A model generated the notes under the pieces. The model did not search any database. It had not been told where the DNA came from and saw only the letters and a program-made list of their open reading frames with translations. Positions 24,307-35,857 of a DNA stretch of 64,000 nucleotides are shown piece by piece. Source of the stretch: Macrostomum hystrix (lineage: Eukaryota; Animalia; Platyhelminthes). The stretch covers positions 1,984,001-2,048,000 of the forward strand of contig CATNEN010000039.1 of the NCBI GenBank assembly GCA_950097015.1, given 5' to 3'. Both the position numbers and the translations under genes were made by a program. The stretch's first letter is position 1. Each line of letters starts with the position of its first letter.

Positions 24307-25607
24307 CGAGGGTCAGTCAAAAAGTAATGATAATACTGTTGTAATTCCTAAAATATATGGTGCATCGAAGTGAAACTGGTTTCATTTGAAAAATAGTCTT
24401 CTCTTCTCTATTTAATAGAATTTTGGTCACTCTAGAATGATATATGTCTGCTTGGTGAAGCTCTAAACACAGTATACCCCCTTCAGCCATGGAAAATTCA
24501 AAAATCGAAGCTCGCATCAATGCAAAGTTTCTAGTGAAACTTGGCTGGAAGCCAGCCGACATTATCGAGGCCTTCAAGAAGGTCTATGGTGATACTGCGC
24601 CATCTGATCCGACGCTTTACCGCTGGATTCAAGCATTTAAGGAAGGCCGAGAATCCGTGGAAGATGCCCAGCGGTCTGGCAGGCCAACGACATCGAGCAC
24701 AGAGGACAATGTGGCGGCTGTGCAGCAGCTGATTGATCAGGATCGCCGTGTGACTATCGATGAGATAGCTGAGGTAGTGGGTATCTCTCACGGCAGTGCC
24801 CACTCGATTGTCACCATCAGCCTTGGTCTGAGCAAGCTGAGTGCCCGCTGGGTACCGCGGCTGTTGCGGCCTGAACACCGGGTTCAGCGCACTGAATGTG
24901 CCATCAGCCTGCTGAACCGCCTGGACGCCAACTCCGAAGACTTCTACCAGCGATTGGTGACCGGCGATGAAACGTGGATATATCAGTACGATCCCGAGTC
25001 CAAAGTCCAGTCTAAGGAGTGGCTGCCACGTGGTTCAGCGGGTCCCAAGAAGTTCCGTGCCGAGCGGTCAGCAGCGAAGGTCTTGGCGACTGTGTTCTGG
25101 GATGCTGAGGGAGTTGTGATGGTTGACTTCCTAGAAAGCCAGAAAACCATCAACGCCATCTATTAAGAGTCGCTTTTGCGAAAGCTCCGCACCGAACTGG
25201 CCAAAAAGCGACCTGGCAAGCTGCACCGTGGAGTGCTCTTCCACCACGACAATGCACCAGCCCACACTTCTCGACTGTGCCGGGAGGCTCTGCGAGATTT
25301 CCGCTGGGAAATACTTCAGCATCCTCCGTACAGCCCTGATTTGGCTCCTTCAGACTTTTTTTTGTTTCCAAAGCTGAAGGAGGCAATCAAGGGAGTTCGA
25401 CATGACAGCAAGGAGGCTGCCAAGAAGGCTACCGTACAGTGGCTTGCTGCGCAGCCTCCTGCCTTCTACATGAATGGCCTGGAGAGATGGCGACACCGCA
25501 TGGAGAAGTGTCTGACCCTGGAGGGGGATTATGTAGAAAAGTAGATTTGTGCGTGAAGCTTGAAGCTCGTGACAATAATATTATCATTACTTTTTGACTG
25601 ACCCTCG
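24307..25607 (+). mobile_element. Full-length mariner transposon (1301 bp), irritans/Hsmar2-like
   Basis: Perfect TIR CGAGGGTCAGTCAAAAAGTAATGATAATA at both ends; TA duplication at 24305-24306 and 25608-25609. Confidence 0.97.
24489..25544 (+). pseudogene. Mariner DD34D transposase (351 codons) with one in-frame TAA at 25164-25166
   Basis: Motifs WVPRLL, TGDETW, HHDNA and YSPDLAPSD. ORFs 24489..25166 and 25176..25544 are in the same frame. N-terminus KIEARINAKFLVKLGWK resembles Hsmar2. Confidence 0.95.
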
Positions 25608-26150
25608 TACTTAGGCCGGGAGAGTTCTGGGCGAAATAGAAGTTACTTGTGTTGAAATAGAACTTTAAAACCTATTTCATAACTCCAATAGTAAAATTCA
25701 GATAAAGCATCGCCAGAAATCCATTATTGTAGCATTGTCATCGCACCCTCATCATCACCCTCGACATGAAAATCTGAAATCATTACTGTCTTCAATTGAC
25801 AAACAAGTAACCAGAGAATAACGAGCGCTGGATAATCTCTGCAAGTAACCGACATTCTCAGTTCTTTGCGCTTGTGCATCGAAAGAAAGGGGCGAAGGCA
25901 GAAAATTGTCTATGGCAATCATCAACCAATGAAAAGGCACGGGGGGAACCGGATGCAAAAGAGTCAAAAACGAAAATAGCCAGAGCCAGAATAGCAATCC
26001 ATTCTATTCATTCATCCATGGATGGGGTCCGCAGGACGAGATCCAAATCGATCGCTAGATCGCAAGATTACGAAGTTCAATATTGACACTAGTATACTCG
26101 GCAGTAGGCTGGCCAAAAGATCCTTATAGTGTCTTAATTAAGTATTTCTA

Positions 26151-26710
26151 GAAGGGGCGAGTGGGTCAGCGGCTAGCGTCGCTGCCTCGCACTCCAATGG
26201 ACGCTAGTTCGATTCGCCCTTCAAGTCACGATTAATTTCGGGACTTGTTGGAGGGTTTGGACAGTAGCGACCGGCGGAGGTGCACCATATTTCGTGCAAT
26301 CAAAGCTTGAAATAATAGCTTCGCTCCTACCTTCTGTGTGCCTGTTCTGCGTTGTGTGAGTTGTGTGCGTTGGCGCTGGGGCGTGAGGCCTTGGGGGATT
26401 GCTGGGGGGCGGGTGTACACCGCCGTGCGCTTTCTGGATTTCCGTCAGCGCGATTGGATAAGTGTACACTCAATACTCATCACCCGGCCCCTGCTTGGTC
26501 TGCTCTGTGTGTGTGGGGCTGGGGTGGGGGACACTGCTGCCAATTCTGGGTGCCTCCTGCCCTCCCCGGCCGGTCTGTGCTGCTGTGTGTGGTGCCTGCT
26601 CAGGGGAGGCGGCGCGATGGGCGCTAGCGCCTAGTTCGCCTGTCTGGGGGCGTGCCGCTCCGTCGCTTTTGCGACAAGTGCCCCGGGCCCCTGCAAATAG
26701 ATAGAGATAG
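26151..26710 (+). mobile_element. tRNA-headed retroposon (long SINE, 560 bp) with 11-bp TSD
   Basis: A-box-like TGGGTCAGCGG, B-box AGTTCGATTC, GC-rich body, ATAG-type tail. TSD AAGTATTTCTA at 26140-26150 and 26711-26721. Confidence 0.8.
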
Positions 26711-28010
26711 AAGTATTTCTATAATATGTAATTGTAATTATATTGTAATTAAGATATAATTTCTATAATTGATGGCCACAAAAGAAGTTAGTTCAAAATA
26801 CTTTTACATTTTATCATCGCAATAATGATCTTACTATCGGTTTTTAACACAGAGGAGCGAATTTTAGGCATTCACAGTCCTTGCCTCGTGCATAATCACT
26901 ACATGGAGATCAGTACTAAGTATTTCATAGTTATAAGTCCTTTCGTGGTTTTGATTTAGCTTACATGCGTTTTTCGGATATTGGTTTTTTATAATTCTTG
27001 CTCCCATTCTGAAGTGAATATAAAAAAGTAACGATGTTGTAAAAATGCATTAACAGGTTCGATGATATTTGCCAATCGAGTTGTCCCAGCCAATTAAAAT
27101 ATGGCTAATCGCGAACATACACACAGACCATAGATTTTCGCGCCCGAATTCCAACAGACTTCCACAGTTTCATTGATCACGAATATTCACGCAAAAACTA
27201 AGAAATTGGCATTATTAAATTTAATCATTTTAAAACAAAGTTGTTATGAATAATTTCCAAATAAAAATCGAAGCAAACTGAAGAGAGGAAAACAGATAAG
27301 AAGAAGACAGATTAACTCTTTGGCACCAGCACGCGACGCAAGCGTGCTTAGAAAAGCTTTCAAATTGGTGGGCAAAGCAAAACTAAATAAACAAAAAATT
27401 AAAGATAGACTCACCTAGAGGAAAAATAAAAAAAGCAGATCTGCGAGCACTCCGCGCGACTGGCACACCCGGGACTGAGCAGAGTGCGGAAGTACATTCA
27501 GCGAAGAAATACTTGAAACATTGCCAGATTTAATAAAAGCAATTCGGCTTTCGTGTTGAGGCCCATAAAAATGGTATCCAGTAGATGAGCACGGAGGAAA
27601 ATTGGAACAAGAGCCAGTGAGCTTGTAAGGTATCGGCCCGCAACCGTGGCCTGTGGCCCGAACAGCGGTACACAGAGTTTTGATCTACTCAAAATGAATC
27701 CGATTCGCTGCGTCAAAAAGTTTCCAGTTAATTTTAGGGCGTCATTAAACTGCACGTGAAATACTTCATAAAAGATTAATTTTTTAATTAAAAGGTGGCT
27801 GTGTACAAAGTACGGGATGAGAATCACAAATAGTACAAAAATATATGCAGAAAATAAATCATAATGAACACAGTTGATTGCCCAAATTGAAAAAAACTAT
27901 CTCGTGCAGAGATTGGGAAAAGAGAGATTAAGATAGGGAGCGAAAATATCAGCGGGATCAGTTAATTTAACAAAACAATCCCCAGGTAAAGGTCTGGGTA
28001 AAATATAGAA

Positions 28011-31000
28011 CTAGTCTTTGTTCAGTCGGCGACGAATCGAGCTATCGTCGGCCCGGTCTACAGCGTCATCCGCCTCGCCGTGACCATTCAGCTTGCAATG
28101 CGGGCTCTCCTCGAACTCGCGAGTGTCCTCGATCTCGCGCTGGGTGCCAGTGGCAACCCGGACCAGCAGCACAATGATGAACTGAAGGACAATGGGGATC
28201 GGGATTGCATTGCTACAAGGATTTGGGATGGGTGTGGGGAATTGAGTTATGATGAGATTTGGGATGGGTGTGGAGAATGGAGTTATGATGGGATTTGGGA
28301 TGGGTGCTGGGAATTGAGTTACGATGGGATTTGGGATGGGTGTGGAGAATGGAGTTATGATGGGATTTGGGATGGGTGTGGGGAATTGAGTTATGATGGG
28401 ATTTGGGATGGGTGCTGGGAATTGAGTTATGATGCCAGGATTTGGGATGGGTGCTGGGAATGGAGTTACGATGGGATTTGGGATGGGTGTGGGGAATTGA
28501 GTTACGATGGGATTTGGGATGGGTGCTGGGAATGGAGTTATGATGGGATTTGGGATGGGTGTGGAGAATGGAGTTACGATGGGATTTGGGATGGGTGCAG
28601 GGAATGGAGTTACGATGGGATTTGGGATGGGTGCTGGGAATGGAGTTACGATGGGATTTGGGATGGGTGCAGGGAATGGAGTTACGATGGGATTTGGGAT
28701 GGGTGCAGGGAATGGAGTTACGATGGGATTTGGGATGGGTGCTGGGAATTGAGTTATGATGCCAGGATTTGGGATGGGTGTGGGGAATGGAGTTACGATG
28801 GGATTTGGGATGGGTGCTGGGAATGGAGTTACGATGGGATTTGGGATGGGTGCAGGGAATGGAGTTACGATGGGATTTGGGATGGGTGCAGGGAATGGAG
28901 TTACGATGGGATTTGGGATGGGTGCTGGGAATGGAGTTACGATGGGATTTGGGATGGGTGCAGGGAATGGAGTTACGATGGGATTTGGGATGGGTGTGGG
29001 GAATAGAGTTACGATGGGATTTGGGATGGGTGCAGGGAATGGAGTTACGATGGGATTTGGGATGGGTGCAGGGAATGGAGTTACGATGGGATTTGGGATG
29101 GGTGCTGGGAATGGAGTTACGATGGGATTTGGGATGGGTGTGGGGAATTGAGTTACGATGGGATTTGGGATGGGTGCTGGGAATGGAGTTATGATGGGAT
29201 TTGGGATGGGTGTGGAGAATGGAGTTACGATGGGATTTGGGATGGGTGCAGGGAATGGAGTTACGATGGGATTTGGGATGGGTGCAGGGAATGGAGTTAC
29301 GATTGGATCAGATTCGGATGGAGAAGTCACATAAGAATATTCGCTAAAGAACTCACATAAAACCAATAGATGTGGAGAATCTGCAGCGCAAACAGCATCG
29401 AGTTAAAGAAGACGAACATCTTGGGATCACGGCCTTGGTGATACAGGTACACACTCCAGTGCGAGGCGTACAGCACCTTCAGCGGGAACCAGTAGAGCCG
29501 GAACCAGGCCCTGTAAGTAAAAGAATCCGCGACAATTTGTGGCGATGTGAAAACACTGCCGTGTGAAAAGTTATTTAACAGTGACTACTGCAAGTAGAGC
29601 AAACCTGCACACACTCACTCCAGTCTCACAGAGCACTCACTCCAGTCTCACAGAGCACTCACTCCAGTCTCACAGAGCACTCACTCCAGTCTCACAGAGC
29701 ACTCACTCCAGTCTCACAGAGCACTCACTCCAGTCTCACAGTGCACTCACTCCAGTCTCACAGCACTCACTCCAGTCTCACAGCACTCACTCCAGTCTCA
29801 CAGCACTCACTCCAGTCTCACAGCACTCACTCCAGTCTCACAGCACTCACTCCAGTCTCACAGCACTCACTCCAGTCTCACAGCACTCACTCCAGTCTCA
29901 CAGCACTCACTCCAGTCTCACAGCACTCACTCCAGTCTCACAGCACCCACTCCAGTCTCACAGCACTCACTCCAGTCTCACAGCACTCACTCCAGTCTCA
30001 CAGCACTCACTCCAGTCTCACAGCACTCACTCCAGTCTCACAGCACTCACTCCAGTCTCACAGCACTCACTCCAGTCTCACAGTGCTTACCAGCTGAGGG
30101 CAAACATGGAAAAGCCAATATTTGCCAGCCACTCATTCAGCAGGTAGAGCTTGCCGCCTCTGTCCTTGAGGTAGACGTTAACCTTAGTAAACTCTAGTAT
30201 GACGTCACTCAGGTCGTGTAGGAACAGTACCAGCGCGCCCATCTTATAGTACCTTGTTGGTAAATAAGAAACAAGTAAATGATAGGCTGCCGTGTCCAAT
30301 TAAATAACTAGCAGGTTAGTAAATGATTATAACAAGTCATCACTGTAAACACTCATTGCTAAGTAAATGATAGGCTGCCGTGTCCAATTAAATAACTAGC
30401 AGGTTAGTAAATGATTATAACAAGTCATCACTGTAAACACTCATTGCTCACTTCATGAGCAGCGAGAACTCTAGCAGGAAGATGGTGAGGCCGTGATGGA
30501 ATAGCATCATAATTGAGTCCTTGCGCCAGGCGTCCATGCACAGAGTGGCATAGATGGAGTGCAGGTAGAATCCTAGCTGCAGTGCGTACATCCAGTAGAT
30601 GTCAGTAGGCAGCGGCTTGTCCAGGTAATTTTCTGCAAGCAGCAAACCTTTAAACTAAAACGCTAACAGACACACACAACCACAGGGCTTGTAGCTTCAT
30701 AGGGGTTGTAGCATGGTAGTGGGGGTTGTAGCCTGGTAGTGGGGGTTGCAGCCTGGTAGTGGGGGTTGTAGCCTGGTAGTGGAGGTTGTAGCCTGGTAGT
30801 GGGGGTTGTAACCTGGTAGTGGGGGTTGTAGCCTGGTAGTGGGGGTTGTAGCCTGGTAGTGGGGGTTGTAGCCTGGTAGTGGGGTTTGTAGCCTGGTAGT
30901 GGGGGTTGCAGCCTGGTAGTGGGGGTTGTAGCCTGGTAGTGGGGTTTGTAGCCTGGTAGTGGGGTTTGTAGCCTGGTAGTGGGGGTTGTAGCCTGGTAGT

Positions 31001-34000
31001 GGGGGTTGTAGCCTGGTAGTGCGGGTTGTAGCCTGGTAGTGGGGGTTGTAGCCTGGTAGTGGGGGTTGTAGCCTGGTAGTGGGGGTTGTAGCCTGGTAGT
31101 GGGGGTTGTAGCCTGGTAGTGGGGGTTGTAGCCTGGTAGTGGGGGTTGTAGCCTGGTAGTGGGGGTTGCAGCCTGGTAGTGGGGGTTGTAGCCTGGTAGT
31201 GGGGGTTGTAGCCTGGTAGTAGGGGCAGTAGCCTGTTTTTTGGAGTGTCTGACTAAAAAACTGAAGATCGGGGTTTCGATTCCAACACCGCTGTAACAAT
31301 TTGTGTCCTTTAGCAAGATACCTTAATCTGTATTGCTTAAGGATCTGTATAATCAGTTCACCCAGCTGTTAAATGAGTACCAGCATTAGCTAGCGTAATT
31401 GAGTGTGGGTGTGGCGCTTCCAGTCCATGGACTGAAAAGCCACACAGTACGAAATGAACAGTACGCAGTCTTCAGATGCGCCTCGCAATAGCTGCGGCTG
31501 TGCTGCCGGCTGCACAATGGGCTTGTTAGGGCAGGTGTCATCAATTAATACATTATTATACCATGCATACACAATTCGACCGAATGGCCAAATCTTAGCT
31601 GATAACGCATTAACAAAGTCTTATCAATCCGGAAATTAATTGTTATCTCTCAGCGAAAGGACCGGTGACTCCTAGTCCTAGAGAAAGTGACTGACTGCGC
31701 GACTGACTAAAGAGCAGTTGGACCCTGCGCTCAAACTGACCTGGATAAAGGCTTATCTACAGTTGCAAATGGTTCGAGTACGCCACAGTATTCCTTGCTA
31801 ACAGAAGCGCCAAACATGGCTCCATAGGACATAGGTATTGGTGCTGGGTACAGCAAAACTCTTAGCACAAGCTGGCACTGGCTAACACAAGCTCTGAGCA
31901 TCGGAGCAACACAAACTCATACAACAGCTCAATGACTCGACACTTCAGCTGTTAAAAAATAAGTGAATTACTGTGACAAGAGCATATTCACTGGGGTGAG
32001 GAGATACAACGACCAACCGGCTAACAGGTAAAGTATCTATGACAAGCTGGATGACTGTGGGGAAGCTATGACTAGCTGAATGACTGTGGGGAAGCAATGA
32101 CTAGCTGAATGACTGTGGGGAAGCAATGACTAGCTGAATGACTGTGGGGAAGCAATGACTAGCTGGATGACTGTGGGGAAGCAATGACTAGCTGAATGAC
32201 TGTGGGGAAGCTATGACTAGCTGGATGACTGTGGGGAAGCTATGACTAGCTGGATGACTGTGGGGAAGCTATGACTAGCTGGATGACTGTGGGGAAGCTA
32301 TGACTAGCTGGATGACTGTGGGGAAGCTATGACCAGCTGGATGACTGTGGGGAAGCTATGACCAGCTGGATGACTGTGGGGAAGCTATGACCAGCTGGAT
32401 GACTGTGGGGAAGCTATGACCAGCTGGATGACTGTGGGGAAGCTATGACTAGCTGGATGACTGTGGGGAAGCTATGACCAGCTGGATGACTGTGGGGAAG
32501 CAATGACTAACTGAATGACTGTGGGGAAGCTATGACTAGCTGGATGACTGTGGGGAAGCTATGACTAGCTGGATGACTGTGGGAAGCAACGACCAGCTGG
32601 ATGACTGTGGGAAGCAACGACCAGCTGGATGACTGTGGGGAAGCTATGACTAGCTGGATGACTGTGGGGAAGCTATGACCAGCTGGATGACTGTGGGGAA
32701 GCAATGACTAACTGAATGACTGTGGGGAAGCTATGACTAGCTGGATGACTGTGGGGAAGCTATGACTAGCTGGATGACTGTGGGAAGCAACGACCAGCTG
32801 GATGACTGTGGGAAGCAACGACCAGCTGGATGACTGGGGATTGCAGGCATGACCAGCTGGATGACTGGGGATTGCAGGCATGACCAGCTGGATGACTGAG
32901 GATGGCAGCCATGACCAAGCTGCTGGAACTCACCGTCGAAGATGATTCCGCGCAGAATGTCGATGGAATTTTGGAAGAAGTCGTACCGACCGCTCAGCAG
33001 CACAACATACAGCGAGTAGAGCCACAGGCCCGTGTAGGCGATGAATTTCCAAATGGACTCTGGCCACTTCACCTTGTTTGCTGGCATGATTCGCAGCCAG
33101 TTAGCCAGCGGCTAAAACACCGAGTTGGCGATTGATGCAAACGGAGTATCAGTCAAGGCCTAACTAAACGATTTCAATCCATTTGAGTCTTAACAGTAGA
33201 AAGAACACGCTATATTCCCCTTTGGGGAAAGAACACGGGGGGTTTCAAATACCCCCCCGCTACTTCACGATAGATCCCAAACCGAATGACCGATTTCCGC
33301 ACTACGGTCCCTAAGTTCGCTTCCACGGCGAGGCCACACATATTTGAGGCGCAGGCGCGGAGAGAAGGCTTGGGGGCTTGTCGTGCAATTTACGCCCTTG
33401 AGGGCCAACCCCCAAGGAACAGTGAAGGTGTACACTGTCTGACGATGAGAAAGTCAGGGCAGATGAACACACTTATGTGCGCATGTGCTCAGGAGTCAGC
33501 GAAATGGGCAGAATTGCCTCCTGGCTGTCTGCGGGTCTAGTGTCGCTAAATTAGTTTTCTTTTTTATCATTATTTTTTATTATTTTATTAAGAGGCCTAA
33601 TTGTATTTCCGGGCTAAGTTTGGAACTCCAGACCTATCGGCCAGGAGCCAGAAGCACTGGGCTACCAGCTCCCCCACAAGCGTCAAATGCCAAGAAAATA
33701 CAGTCACAAGGTCGGGCCTCACTATCGAGAAGCTGGCCGATACGGCGTAGCGCAGGACTGTGAACAGCACGGCCAGCAGAACAGCTCCGGCCACGTCGGC
33801 GAAGCGCACGGAGGTGAGCATGCGGGCAGTGAAGCGAAAGTCGTGTGGATATTTGGTCGAATTGAATGCGAATTCTTCAATGGATAGAGCGATTCGGTGA
33901 AAGAACTCGGCAAAGCTGGGGTCCTCGTAATAGCTGGCCGGGAATATCCTTGAATGGCCGTCGCAGACAATGCCAGTGCGTGGCAAACCCTCCAGTGCCA

Positions 34001-34001
34001 T
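28011..34001 (-). CDS. CERS1: Ceramide synthase (TLC/Lag1 domain), CERS1-like without homeodomain, 374 aa, 6 exons (34001-33723, 33111-32934, 30632-30452, 30252-30091, 29510-29357, 28181-28011)
   Basis: KWPESIWKF; Lag1 motif WRKDSIMMLFHHGLT...LVLFLHDLSDVILEFTK; FRLYWFP; LQILHIYWF; EIEDTRE. All introns are GT-AG with consistent phases 0,1,2,2,0; total 1125 nt. Confidence 0.95.
28220..29305. repeat. Minisatellite, 36 bp unit (GATGGGATTTGGGATGGGTGCAGGGAATGGAGTTAC), CERS intron 5
   Basis: Tandem periodicity; four GGG runs per unit. Confidence 0.95.
29611..30083. repeat. Minisatellite, 20-22 bp unit (CAGCACTCACTCCAGTCTCA), CERS intron 4
   Basis: Tandem periodicity; starts about 7 nt after the donor. 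Confidence 0.95.
30273..30448. repeat. Perfect 88-bp direct duplication forming most of CERS intron 3
   Basis: 30273-30360 equals 30361-30448. Confidence 0.9.
30702..31233. repeat. Minisatellite, 20 bp unit (GGGGGTTGTAGCCTGGTAGT), CERS intron 2
   Basis: Tandem periodicity; merges into the SINE head at ~31220. Confidence 0.95.
31215..31560 (+). mobile_element. CORE-like tRNA SINE (family A)
   Basis: B box GTTTCGATTCC; central TGTGTCCTTTAGCAAGATACCTTAA...CAGTTCACCCAGCTGTTAAATG; 3' part colinear with 35538-35857. Confidence 0.85.
32040..32900. repeat. Minisatellite, 28-29 bp unit (GACTAGCTGGATGACTGTGGGGAAGCTAT), CERS intron 2
   Basis: Tandem periodicity; begins ~35 nt after the donor. Confidence 0.95.
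33295..33553 (+). mobile_element. tRNA-derived SINE family B, 5'-truncated, CERS intron 1
   Basis: Colinear with the reverse complement of 43750-44030. Confidence 0.85.
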
Positions 34002-34161
34002 GTTTTTTAAATAGAAGGCTTCCTGGGTGGCAGCAACAGAAGAAGTCTCTTACTGAAATTTGTTAGATTTAGAGCACTGATTCATTTCTCAATGCTAGCT
34101 CAAGTTTTTATTGGGGGAAAATTTTACTTCCGAATTGACTAAACACAGTTGAATCCAAAGG

Positions 34162-35188
34162 ATCCCATTCCACATTCACAGTATCCCATTCCACATTCAC
34201 AGTATCCCATTCCACATTCACAGCATACCCATTCCACATTCACAGCACCCCATTCCACATTCACAGTATCCCATTCCACATTCACAGCATCCCATTCCAC
34301 ATTCACAGTATCCCATTCCACATTCACAGCATACCCATTCCACATTCACAGCATACCCATTCCACATTCACAGCATACCCATTCCACATTCACAGCATAC
34401 CCATTCCACATTCACAGCACCCCATTCCACATTCACAGCACCCCATTCCACATTCACAGCACCCCATTCCACATTCACAGCATACCCATTCCACATTCAC
34501 AGCATACCCATTCCACATTCACAGCACCCCATTCCACATTCACAGCACCCCATTCCACATTCACAGCACCCCATTCCACATTCACAGCATACCCATTCCA
34601 CATTCACAGCATACCCATTCCACATTCACAGCATCCCATTCCACATTCACAGTATCCCATTCCACATTCACATCACCCCATTCCACATTCACAGCATACC
34701 CATTCCACATTCACAGCATACCCATTCCACATTCACAGCATACCCATTCCACATTCACAGCACCCCATTCCACATTCACAGCACCCCATTCCACATTCAC
34801 AGCATACCCATTCCACATTCACAGCATACCCATTCCACATTCACAGCACCCCATTCCACATTCACAGCACCCCATTCCACATTCACAGCATACCCATTCC
34901 ACATTCACAGCATACCCATTCCACATTCACAGCATCCCATTCCACATTCACAGTATCCCATTCCACATTCACATCACCCCATTCCACATTCACAGCATAC
35001 CCATTCCACATTCACAGCATACCCATTCCACATTCACAGCATACCCATTCCACATTCACAGCACCCCATTCCACATTCACAGCACCCCATTCCACATTCA
35101 CAGCACCCCATTCCACATTCACAGCATCCCATTCCACATTCACAGCATCCCATTCCACATTCACAGTATCCTATTCCACATTCACATT
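34162..35188. repeat. Minisatellite, 21-22 bp unit (CCCATTCCACATTCACAGCATA)
   Basis: Tandem periodicity; explains ORF 34149..35306. Confidence 0.95.
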
Positions 35189-35537
35189 TAAATATTTTTT
35201 CCAATTCACTTTAAGTGCCCTAAAAGTTCACTGCCTCCCTTACCCAGATTTACATACTTTCCCTTCTGAATTTCACAGACTTCCCCACCCAAATTCAAAT
35301 GGGTAATGCTAGCCTTAGCTATTGGTATGGCAATAAGCATTATCATTCTGTGTGATTTATTATTACACTTGGCCTTAAAAAATAAGAAGAGTATATGTTT
35401 AATTGAATTGAATATTATGCATAGAATTAAGCAAAACTAGCAGAACAGCTTCCATTTCCACTTAAATTTAATTTATTAAAATTATTTTGTTTCTTTTTAA
35501 ATTATATCAAAGTCCTATAGCTAGCTACTGTAGCCAA

Positions 35538-35857
35538 TAATAATAATATAATAATAATTGATTACACCTGCCCCAATTGGGTCAGATGTGCAGCCGACAG
35601 CACAGCCGCAGCTAATGCGCGGCGCATCTGAAGGCTGCATACAGCTGTTCAGTCCACAGACTGGGGGGACGCCACACCCACCTTCAATTATCCCAGCTAA
35701 TGCTGGTACCCATTTAACAGCTGGGTGAACTGAAGCAATGCAGAGTAAAGTGTCTTGCTAAAGGACGCAAATTGTTCCAGTGGAGTCAAGAATCGAACCC
35801 CCGACCTTCAAGTCGTGAGTCCGACGCCCTAACCACTGGGCTACAACCTCTACCAAC
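35538..35857 (-). mobile_element. Full-length CORE-like tRNA SINE (family A) with 10-bp TSD
   Basis: Minus strand reads GGTTGTAGCCCAGTGG (A box) ... GGTTCGATTC (B box), a CORE-like segment and a (TTA)n tail. TSD CTGTAGCCAA at 35528-35537 and 35858-35867. Confidence 0.9.

Larger units (their letters stand above)
23933..26020. mobile_element. Non-autonomous TIR element (MITE-like), ~200 bp TIRs, 8-bp TSD GATGGGGT; host of the mariner
   Basis: 23933-24134 is the near-exact reverse complement of 25818-26020. Termini CATGGATG...CATCCATG. TSD at 23925-23932 and 26021-26028. Confidence 0.92.

Noticed and set aside
28011-29366. 451-aa Pro-rich ORF continuous with the last CERS exon
   Set aside because: It is the intronic 36-mer. 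The intron is 1175 nt (not a multiple of 3) and the exon 5 frame stops shortly after the donor, so retention would not translate it.
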